Position numbers and translations under genes: made by a program. From assembly GCA_963727525.1 (NCBI GenBank), contig CAVSGO010000007.1, positions 2,112,001-2,176,000 on the forward strand: 64,000 nucleotides of DNA, given 5' to 3'. Source of the DNA: an uncultured bacterium (GTDB lineage Bacteria > Krumholzibacteriota > Krumholzibacteriia > LZORAL124-64-63). This document shows positions 56,540 to 64,000 of the stretch, in pieces; position 1 is the stretch's first letter; the number at the start of each line of letters is the position of its first letter. The notes beneath the pieces were generated by a model that had not been told where the DNA came from, ran no database searches, and saw nothing but the letters and a program-made list of their open reading frames with translations.

Positions 56540-57379
56540 TCAGGCCACGTCGTCGTCGTGCGGCAGCGAGGTCAGGAACGCCGTGAGCCCCTCCTCGTAT
56601 CGGTGCCCACCGTCCTCGCACGCCCGCGCGTGGCGCCCCAGGATTCGCAGCAACTTCTTGGGCGGCGCCGCGCGATCGAAGAGCTTGCGCCCGAGTGTGA
56701 TGGGCACCGTGCGGTCTTCCAGGCTGTGCACGAAGAGCTTGGGACAGCGGATACGCGTCACCCGGTCCTCGGCCGCCAGGCCGATACGTGTGAGCTGGCG
56801 CGCCGGCAACCACGGGTAGCGGCGCACCGCGACGTCGGCCACGCGCGTGAATCCGGCTTCCAGCACGAGAGCGAGCGGCGTCACGTGGGTCGCCAGCTCC
56901 GTCGCCACGCTCACCCCCAGGCTCACCGCCACGACGATGATGCGCCCCGGCCGCACACGCCGCATGGTGACGAGGTGATCCCACGCCGCGCGCGCATCAC
57001 GATAGATCCCCGCCTCGCTGGGGTGCCCCGCACTGCGACCGTAACCGCGGTAGTCGAGGGCGAGGATCGCGAAGCCACGCCCATGCCAGTACGCGAGAGT
57101 CGCCAGGGTGTCGCCGAGATTCACGCCGGCACCATGAAGGTAGAGCACCGAGTCGGGGTTCTCGGCCCAGGCGGGAGCCGGCAACATCCAGGCGTGCAGA
57201 CGCACACCGTCGCTCGCGTCCAGCGCGACGTCCTCGTACTCCAGTCCGATGGTCCGGGGCGTACCCGCCAGACCCGGACGGGGCTGGAACACCCGGCGTT
57301 CCTGGTTCGTGGCCACCGCCGCCACCGCGATCGCGTAGACGAGCAGGGCGATGAGGATGACGAGCAGGGTCGGCGTCAC
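56540..57379 (-). CDS. Membrane-anchored alpha/beta hydrolase (Bem46/ABHD12-13-like)
   Basis: LYLHG, DYRGYGRSAGHPSEAGIYRDA, AVSLG nucleophile elbow, HSLEDRTVP, GRH; overlaps addA stop. Confidence 0.87.
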   Translation of the reverse strand: MTPTLLVILIALLVYAIAVAAVATNQERRVFQPRPGLAGTPRTIGLEYEDVALDASDGVRLHAWMLPAPAWAENPDSVLYLHGAGVNLGDTLATLAYWHGRGFAILALDYRGYGRSAGHPSEAGIYRDARAAWDHLVTMRRVRPGRIIVVAVSLGVSVATELATHVTPLALVLEAGFTRVADVAVRRYPWLPARQLTRIGLAAEDRVTRIRCPKLFVHSLEDRTVPITLGRKLFDRAAPPKKLLRILGRHARACEDGGHRYEEGLTAFLTSLPHDDDVA

Positions 57380-60300
57380 CGGCGGTCCTCCTGGATGACT
57401 TCCCGCAGCATACCGCGTCCGGCGGGCGTGGTCACGTGCGTGAAGAGCAACCAGCAGCGGATCGGACGGTCGGGATAGACCGCAGCCAGCGCGTCGCGAT
57501 AGGCGGCGAGCTGCGGCCCATAGCCTGCCACGCGTTCGTCCACCTCGGCCGGCGAGTCGACGCGGTCAGACTTGTAGTCGATCACGTCGATACCCTCGGG
57601 TCGCACGAGGAGGCGGTCGATGCTGCCGTACCGCCTCACCTCCGTGTGGCCCTCCGTGCTCACGTGGTGCAGCATCGGCTGCTCGCAGAAACCGCGCACA
57701 CCGGATCCGGGCGCGAAGATCCAGCGCAGCTCGGGATTGCGGACCACGGCCGCGGCCACCTCCCACGGTTCCCCGGCGCCCGGCGGCATGGCCCCGGCAC
57801 GGGCAGCCCGCTCCAGCCAGAGGTGGATGGCGGTGCCCCGGCGCGTGGCCGCGTCGGCAGCGGCGGGCGGCGCCGCGGCATCGTCCGGATCGCGCTCCTC
57901 GCGCGCGTCCGGCGCGCCGGCGGTGGGATCGGCGTGGGCCAGACGCGACGGGTTCTCCACCCGCAGGCGCGGGCTCAGCGACGGCGGCGTCCAGGGGCGC
58001 AGCCGCGCTCGCGCCGCAGATGTCGCGACGCCGGCGGTGGGCGTCGCCTCCGCGTCGTCATCCGCGGCGAGATTCTCGTCGTCGCGCCAGTAGGCACCGT
58101 CGGTATCGGCCTCGTGCAGCCACTCGAGGTAGCTGCTGTCGCCGCCGCGCTGGCTCTCGCCACCCAGCACGAAGAGCTGGTCGCAGGCGCGGGTCATCGC
58201 CACGTACAGGACATGGGCATCTTCCCTGCGCTGGCGCCCGATGGCGTCCGCGAGACGCGGGGCCAGCGGCGGCGGCAAGGTCGTCGCGTCGGGCAATGCG
58301 ATACCCGCGATCTCGTCGCTGCTCAGGCCGGTCACCCACGGACCATCGGCGCCCGCGGCGCCGAGATCGAGCAGCGCGACCTTGTCGTTCCTGTCCGCGG
58401 CGGCATCGACGAGGATCACCACCCGCGCCTCGAGTCCCTTGGCGGCGTGAATCGTCATCACGCGCACGCGGCCGCTGCCGTCCTCGCCGGGGAGCGTGCC
58501 CTCCTCCTCGCCACCGACCAGAGCGGCGAGGTCCAGTTCGTCGACGAACGCACGTAGCGAACCCCCGCGCCGCTCGCTGCCCAGCGCGAGGTCCGTCAGG
58601 CGGAGCAGGTTGAAGCGCGCCTGCTCGCCCCCGGCGATCTCGAAACGCTCGAGCAGCTCGCCGTCGCGGAAGACCAGCCGCAGCAGGTCGTGCGGCGTGA
58701 GGCGACCAGCGGGCTCGAACCAGCCCTCGAGCCGGGCCTGGGCATCGGCGAGGCCGTGCGCGGCCGCCTCGCTGGTGAGCACCTCGCGCAGGGTGCGGCG
58801 GCGGCCCGCGCCCAGGCGCGCCTGCAGCAAGGCCTGCACCGTGGCCTCGAGCGCGCGGACGATGGGCGAGCGCAGCACCGTTGCGCCGGCCACGTCATCG
58901 GCCGGATAGGTGAGCCAGCGTAGCAGGGCCAGCACGTCCTGCACCTCGCGACTGCGCGCAAGCAGGCCGCGACCAGCGGGCGTGAAGGCCAGGCCGGCGC
59001 GTCTGAGGGCCGACTCGTAGACCGCCACGTGGGTCTTCGTGCGACAGAGCACGAGGATGTCGTCGCGGCGCAGGCCCGGGCCGGCGAGCAGGCGCTGGAC
59101 CAGGGTCACCGTGGCCGCCGCCGCGCGTTCGTGGCCGCTGGCTGCATCGCCGGGCGCGAACGGCGCCAGGAAGACCACGCGACCGTCATCCTGCCTCGCC
59201 GCTTCCTGGCGCGCGCTCGCGGCCTCGTCGCCCAGGATCGTGGCGAGAGGTTCGCGGTTGCACAACGTGCCCACCGCGTCGACCACCGCGGGTACGCTGC
59301 GGAAGTTGGTGGGCAACTCGAGTACGCGCGCCTGCGGCAACATCCGGAACCACTCGCGCGCCCTGCCGAACACGGAGGGCTCGGCGCCGCGGAAGCTGTA
59401 GATCGACTGCTTCACGTCGCCCACGATGAACGCCGTGCGGGGCGGGTCGTCGCCACCGGCGAGGATCTCCTCCAGCAGCGGACGGAGCAGGTCCCACTGG
59501 TTCCGGTTGGTGTCCTGGAACTCGTCGAGCAGCAGGTGATCGAGGCGCGCGTCGAGCCGGAAGTGCACCTGCGGTCCCGTGTGCGGATCGGTGAGCAGCC
59601 GCAGGGCGAGGTACTCGAGATCCTGGAAGTCGACGACGCGGTCGCGTCGCTTCACCGCGGCGTAGCGATCGAGGGCCTGGAGCATGACACGCAGGAGGCG
59701 AACATTGTGCGCGAAGAGCATGGCCAGCCTGGCCTGCTGGATCAGCGCGAGCACGGGCAGGAGCGCGACCTGGTAGACGGGCTGATAGCCCGCCGGCACG
59801 GGACTGTTCGTCGCGAGCTTCTTGCGCACGGATCCGCCCGCGGTGAGCAGCAGTGAGGCGGCCTGCGGGACGACCTGTTCGAGGCAGCGCGCGGGCTCGG
59901 CGTCGCACACGTCCGCGAGCGTCCTGGCGGATGTGCCGAGTTGGTCGAGTCCTTCGCGGAACTTGTCCGTCTGCTTGCCGCCTGCATGGTCACGCACGGC
60001 GGCAAGGCCGGGGCCGGCGAGGCGGCGTAGCGCGTGCGCGAGGGCAGGCGCGAGGGTGGCAGGATCCACGTCGGCATCGTTGTGCCACACGGTGTCCGCG
60101 AGGAGGCCCGCACGTAGATCGGCGCGCAGCGCGGGCAGGCACGGCAGCAACGCGCGGCCGAGCGCGGCCGGCGCCGAGGTTGGCGGCGGGGCCACACGAT
60201 CGATCCAGCGCTGTAGGTGGACACGATGGGCGAAGAGCGTGGCCACGGCCTTGCGCGCCCCGCCGTACGACCCGGCGAGCGCGGCATACTCGCGCAAGGC

Positions 60301-60825
60301 GTCGGGTTCGCGGGCGAGGGTGGCCTCGAGCTGGTCGAGTGCCTCGTCGCGCCTCTCCTCCTCCTGCCGCTCGTCGAGCACGGTGAACGCGGGATCGAGG
60401 CCCGCCTCGGCGGCGAAGCGGCCTAACACGCGCTGGCAGAAGGCATGCATGGTGTCGATGCCCCGGCCGGCCGGATCGGCAAGCAGGACGTCGTGGAACC
60501 ATGCGGCCCGCACGCTCTCGGCGCGCGTAGGGTCGTGGCCGAGAAGGTCGCGCAGGGCCGCGGCGAGATCGTCGCCGGCAAGACGCGCGAGTGCGAGCAC
60601 GCGCTGCTGGATGCGCTGCTTGATCTCGATCGTCGCCTTGCGGGTGAAGGTGATGGCAAGCACCGCCTGCGGATCCACGCCGGCGCCGCCCAGGCACAGC
60701 CGCAGGTAGCGGTCGACGAGGACGGTCGTCTTCCCGGACCCGGCCGCCGCCTCGAGCACGACGTTCACGTCCGGATCGGCGGCGAGTTCCTGCTCGACGC
60801 TCTTGCGTCGTCTGGCGTCGTTCAT
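57376..60825 (-). CDS. addA: AddA-like UvrD helicase-nuclease
   Basis: AAAGSGKT, ITFTRKA, LLDEFQDT, VGDVKQSIYSFRGA, MTIHAAKGLE, YVAMTRA, C-terminal IDRLL..DYKS nuclease; start ATG 60825. Confidence 0.92.
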   Translation of the reverse strand: MNDARRRKSVEQELAADPDVNVVLEAAAGSGKTTVLVDRYLRLCLGGAGVDPQAVLAITFTRKATIEIKQRIQQRVLALARLAGDDLAAALRDLLGHDPTRAESVRAAWFHDVLLADPAGRGIDTMHAFCQRVLGRFAAEAGLDPAFTVLDERQEEERRDEALDQLEATLAREPDALREYAALAGSYGGARKAVATLFAHRVHLQRWIDRVAPPPTSAPAALGRALLPCLPALRADLRAGLLADTVWHNDADVDPATLAPALAHALRRLAGPGLAAVRDHAGGKQTDKFREGLDQLGTSARTLADVCDAEPARCLEQVVPQAASLLLTAGGSVRKKLATNSPVPAGYQPVYQVALLPVLALIQQARLAMLFAHNVRLLRVMLQALDRYAAVKRRDRVVDFQDLEYLALRLLTDPHTGPQVHFRLDARLDHLLLDEFQDTNRNQWDLLRPLLEEILAGGDDPPRTAFIVGDVKQSIYSFRGAEPSVFGRAREWFRMLPQARVLELPTNFRSVPAVVDAVGTLCNREPLATILGDEAASARQEAARQDDGRVVFLAPFAPGDAASGHERAAAATVTLVQRLLAGPGLRRDDILVLCRTKTHVAVYESALRRAGLAFTPAGRGLLARSREVQDVLALLRWLTYPADDVAGATVLRSPIVRALEATVQALLQARLGAGRRRTLREVLTSEAAAHGLADAQARLEGWFEPAGRLTPHDLLRLVFRDGELLERFEIAGGEQARFNLLRLTDLALGSERRGGSLRAFVDELDLAALVGGEEEGTLPGEDGSGRVRVMTIHAAKGLEARVVILVDAAADRNDKVALLDLGAAGADGPWVTGLSSDEIAGIALPDATTLPPPLAPRLADAIGRQRREDAHVLYVAMTRACDQLFVLGGESQRGGDSSYLEWLHEADTDGAYWRDDENLAADDDAEATPTAGVATSAARARLRPWTPPSLSPRLRVENPSRLAHADPTAGAPDAREERDPDDAAAPPAAADAATRRGTAIHLWLERAARAGAMPPGAGEPWEVAAAVVRNPELRWIFAPGSGVRGFCEQPMLHHVSTEGHTEVRRYGSIDRLLVRPEGIDVIDYKSDRVDSPAEVDERVAGYGPQLAAYRDALAAVYPDRPIRCWLLFTHVTTPAGRGMLREVIQEDRR

Positions 60826-63800
60826 GAGCCGCGCCTCCATACGCCGCCGAGCATCGCGGTGAGGCGCGACTGCACGATGGGTCCCAGGTCGCGTTCCTCC
60901 ACCCGGCAGATGCCCGCGAACTCGCAGATCGTGCACGGCAGATCGCCGCGAGCGTCGGGGTCGCGCGCCTCGGGCACGAGCGCGTACGGTACGGCCGGGT
61001 CGAGGATGGCGCCCGCCTCGCGCAGGATGGCCAGGGCCGCCTCGCGCATCGCCGACCGGCCCGGATCGCCGGGGGCGAGGTGCGGCACGTGTTCCCAGCC
61101 CACTCCGGCGTGGCGCAGTCCGTAGTAGTCGCCCTGGGCGACGCGCCATCCAGCATCCTCGCGCCGGGGCAGCGCGGCGACAGCGTCCATCTCCACGGCC
61201 AGCGCGTAGAGCGCGAGTTGCGGCTCGCGGCCCGAGGCCACGTCCTTCTTCGCGGGCGACGCCCCGGTCTTGTAGTCCACGACCGCGACCTGCGCCGAGC
61301 CGTCGGCCGCGGTGTCGATGCGGTCGATGCGACCCTCGAGCGGGAACTCCGCCAGGGCGTCGGGAAATGCTTCGACGGTGTCGCCCTCGCGCCCGAGCCA
61401 GGCTCGCACCTGCGCCAGCGTGAGACGGAACTGCGCCTCGAGCACCCGCGGTCGCCACAGCGCCGCCCGTGCGATCTCGCCGGCGACGATGGCCGGCGCC
61501 AGCGCCAGGAACGACTGCCACGCGACGTCACGCTGCGCGAGATTCTCGCCGCGATCGCCATGGAAGACCTCGTCGGCCGCCGCGGTGAGAGCCTGGAGCG
61601 CGCGCACCGCATCGCCCGCCACCACGGCGCGCGCCCCCGGACCGCCGGCGACGAGGAACCGCTGCATCGCGGCATGCGCCAGGGTGCCATGGTCGAGCGC
61701 GGTGTACTCGCCGGTCACCGGATCGGTGCGCCTCAGGCGCAGCGCATGCGCCATGAGGTACGCGTAGGGACAGTCGCGGTGGCGGCGTAGCGCCGTATGG
61801 CTCAGCCGTGGCGGTGACGCCACGCCGGGAGCCGGGACCGGTTCGGGTTCGCGGCGAAACGCCAGCTCGGCCTGCGCGAGCGCATCCCACTGGGGCTCGT
61901 GGCGGCGCCAGAGCGCCACCTCGTCGGCGTGCTCGGTGGCGTCGGGACCACCGGCGAGTTGCAGGCGCATGACGAGGGGCGACGGCAATCCCGGCCGCCC
62001 GTCGCGTTCGGTGGGCCAGGTGAGGATCACCCGCGGCGCCGCGTGCAGGAGGCGCAGGAAGAGCTCGGCGTCGCGTTCGATGCGTTCGCGCCACGTCTCC
62101 AGCCCCAGGCCGCGGCGCACGCCGTCGCCCAGAAACAGCGGGCGCCGCACGTTGCCGGGGAATGTATCCTGGCCCAGGCCGGCGAGCACGACGAGATCGG
62201 CGTCGGCGAGGCGAGCCTCCACCAGACCCATCACCTGCACGGGCAGGTGGCGCTGGCGGTGCGGGCGCGCCTCGAACTGGTCGCCGAGCAGCGATTCGAG
62301 CGCCGCTGCGACATCGGCCAGTGTCGCCATGCCCAGATACCCGGAGGCCGCCGCCACGTCGAGCGCGGCGAGCACGCCGGCCACGGCGCCGGAGTCGTCG
62401 ATCTCCAGCCGCGGATCGGAGCCCGCCACGAGCGGCCGGTGCGGCGCAACGTCGTGCCAGGTGGTCCGCAGCGCCGCCAGCCACGCCGACCACGGCTGGC
62501 GCTGCGATGCGGGTCCCTCGAGCGGAGCGAGGGCGGCGATGAGCCGGTCCACGAGGTCGACCAGCCGCCACTGCGGCTTGCCCGTGGGCGCGGCGTCTTC
62601 GCGACGCCGATCGGCCTCCGCGGCGATCCCGTGCAGCGCGGCGCGTCCGCCCGCGCCACGCCCAACGCGGCGGATCTCCATCTCGAGCATCACGACGCGG
62701 CGCTCGGTGGCGTCGCCGAGCGCCACGTAGGGATGGGTGAGCACCTCGAAGAGTCTGGCGAAGGGCCAGCCCGCCACCACGAGCCGCACCAGGTCGAGCA
62801 GCAGGCGGCCCGCCGGCAGGAGAGCCACGGCGCGGCCGCGGGTGTCGTCGACATCCACACCGGCATCGCGCAGCTGCGCCGTGATGCGCGCCGCCAGGTC
62901 GCGATCCGGCGTGGCGACGATGACCCGCGGCGTTTCACCGTCACGCTCCAGGACCTGGTTGACGCATGCCGCGGCCACGCGGCCCTCGTGCTCGGGGTCG
63001 TGGGTCGCCAGCAGGCGAACCACCCCCGTCGGGCCGATCATGGCGGTGGTCGGGCCGAGCACGTGCAAGCGTCCCGGCAGGTCGGCGTCCACGAAAGCCG
63101 GCGCCGCCGGCGCCTCGGTCCCGAGCTGGGCGGCGAGGCGCCGGCTCGCGCCGAGGGGATGCCCCCGGCTGGTCTCGTCGGCATAGGTGGCCAGCAGCAG
63201 GCGCGAACGTGGATCATCGCTCCTGAAGGTGAGCCAATGCACGCCGTACAGCCGGCGGAGCAGGGCCGCGACGGCGGGCTCGATGCGGCCCAGATGCGCC
63301 ACCACCACCCGGCGTGGCGGCGCGCCCGGCCATGCCTGGCCGGCGCGGTCCAGGGCGGCCAACCGGCGGTCGACGACATCCAGCGGCAGCACCTCGCGGT
63401 ACAGACGCCACGCCTCGCGCAGGTGCCGCAGATCGCTCTGCAACACGTCCACAGCGGTCTCGTCCACCAGCGCGTCCAGGCGGTCGTCGGCCGTGCCGGC
63501 CAGCACGAGATCGGCGCATTGCGCCCAGCGCACCTCATCGAAGAGCCGCACCAGCTCGGCGGCGAGACCGTCGGCCGCCTCGGGACGCTCGCGCAGCCAG
63601 TCGGTGGCCGCCAGGTGCGGCGCGAGCAGCAGCGGGCGTAACGCCGGATCGAGGTCGGCGGCCACCTCCGTTGTCGAGAACTGGTCGGCCAGCCAGTCGG
63701 CCAGCCGTACCGGCGTGGTGATCGTGGGCAGGAGGAGGGCCTCCGCCGCGGACGTCGAGAGGAGCGCGTGGCGCAGGGCATCGGCCGCGCGGCTCGACGG

Positions 63801-63956
63801 CAGGAGTACGAGATCATCGGCCAGGGCGTCCGGCGTGGCGTCGGCGCCATCCGCGAGAAGCCAGCGAGCCAGGGCCGGCATCGGTGCTTCGGTCAGAGGA
63901 AGATCGTGAACTTGCAAGTGCGCAGTCACCTCGGAATTGGAACGAGAAAGGAGCAT
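60822..63956 (-). CDS. addB: AddB-like inactive helicase + PD-(D/E)XK nuclease with Fe-S staple
   Basis: GRIDRID..VDYKTG..QLALY; four Cys (DCPY...PCTICEFAGIC); ATGA overlap with addA; start may be GTG 63929. Confidence 0.9.
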   Translation of the reverse strand: MLLSRSNSEVTAHLQVHDLPLTEAPMPALARWLLADGADATPDALADDLVLLPSSRAADALRHALLSTSAAEALLLPTITTPVRLADWLADQFSTTEVAADLDPALRPLLLAPHLAATDWLRERPEAADGLAAELVRLFDEVRWAQCADLVLAGTADDRLDALVDETAVDVLQSDLRHLREAWRLYREVLPLDVVDRRLAALDRAGQAWPGAPPRRVVVAHLGRIEPAVAALLRRLYGVHWLTFRSDDPRSRLLLATYADETSRGHPLGASRRLAAQLGTEAPAAPAFVDADLPGRLHVLGPTTAMIGPTGVVRLLATHDPEHEGRVAAACVNQVLERDGETPRVIVATPDRDLAARITAQLRDAGVDVDDTRGRAVALLPAGRLLLDLVRLVVAGWPFARLFEVLTHPYVALGDATERRVVMLEMEIRRVGRGAGGRAALHGIAAEADRRREDAAPTGKPQWRLVDLVDRLIAALAPLEGPASQRQPWSAWLAALRTTWHDVAPHRPLVAGSDPRLEIDDSGAVAGVLAALDVAAASGYLGMATLADVAAALESLLGDQFEARPHRQRHLPVQVMGLVEARLADADLVVLAGLGQDTFPGNVRRPLFLGDGVRRGLGLETWRERIERDAELFLRLLHAAPRVILTWPTERDGRPGLPSPLVMRLQLAGGPDATEHADEVALWRRHEPQWDALAQAELAFRREPEPVPAPGVASPPRLSHTALRRHRDCPYAYLMAHALRLRRTDPVTGEYTALDHGTLAHAAMQRFLVAGGPGARAVVAGDAVRALQALTAAADEVFHGDRGENLAQRDVAWQSFLALAPAIVAGEIARAALWRPRVLEAQFRLTLAQVRAWLGREGDTVEAFPDALAEFPLEGRIDRIDTAADGSAQVAVVDYKTGASPAKKDVASGREPQLALYALAVEMDAVAALPRREDAGWRVAQGDYYGLRHAGVGWEHVPHLAPGDPGRSAMREAALAILREAGAILDPAVPYALVPEARDPDARGDLPCTICEFAGICRVEERDLGPIVQSRLTAMLGGVWRRGS

Positions 63957-64000
63957 AGCCGAGAACCGGAACCCTGTCCCCGGTGTTCGTCATTGACCTG

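Noticed and set aside
57376-63956. Helicase-nuclease pair as a novel defence system
   Set aside because: Motifs, gene order and Fe-S staple fit ordinary AddAB recombination repair

Overview
GC-rich (roughly 70%) bacterial chromosomal window with about 43 protein-coding genes. I found no rRNA, tRNA or CRISPR array. Secreted proteins ending in a 'T/DWGx[VI]K[AS][LM][FY]x' tail or a FlgD-Ig/T9SS-like C-terminal domain suggest an FCB-group candidate lineage such as Krumholzibacteriota, Eisenbacteria or Latescibacteria (inference). Housekeeping and conserved genes: acyl-CoA ligase (partial), asnS, addAB, an ABC transporter with an AttH-like protein, two RND permeases plus an adaptor, a nitrilase-family amidase, an aminotransferase, and MarR-DinB. 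Two accessory patches carry IS scars: about 0.6-2.7 kb (Fic) and about 30-38.7 kb (baeRF3/Balon-like, BLUF, trypsin-like protease, Gly-rich surface protein, pseudogenes). Most interesting candidates: (1) a SET lysine methyltransferase co-transcribed with a protein carrying a histone-tail-like Lys/Gly/Ser extension; (2) a divergent exported CHAT protease / atypical ECF sigma / TPR anti-sigma module; (3) a pentaheme cytochrome plus Cyc2-like cytochrome-porin pair; (4) two ~80-bp palindromes sharing a conserved 16-nt loop with compensating stems; (5) a degenerate AsnRS-catalytic-domain paralog with its own promoter; (6) CarH/LitR-like operator repeats. All calls are motif-based by eye; no database searches were run.
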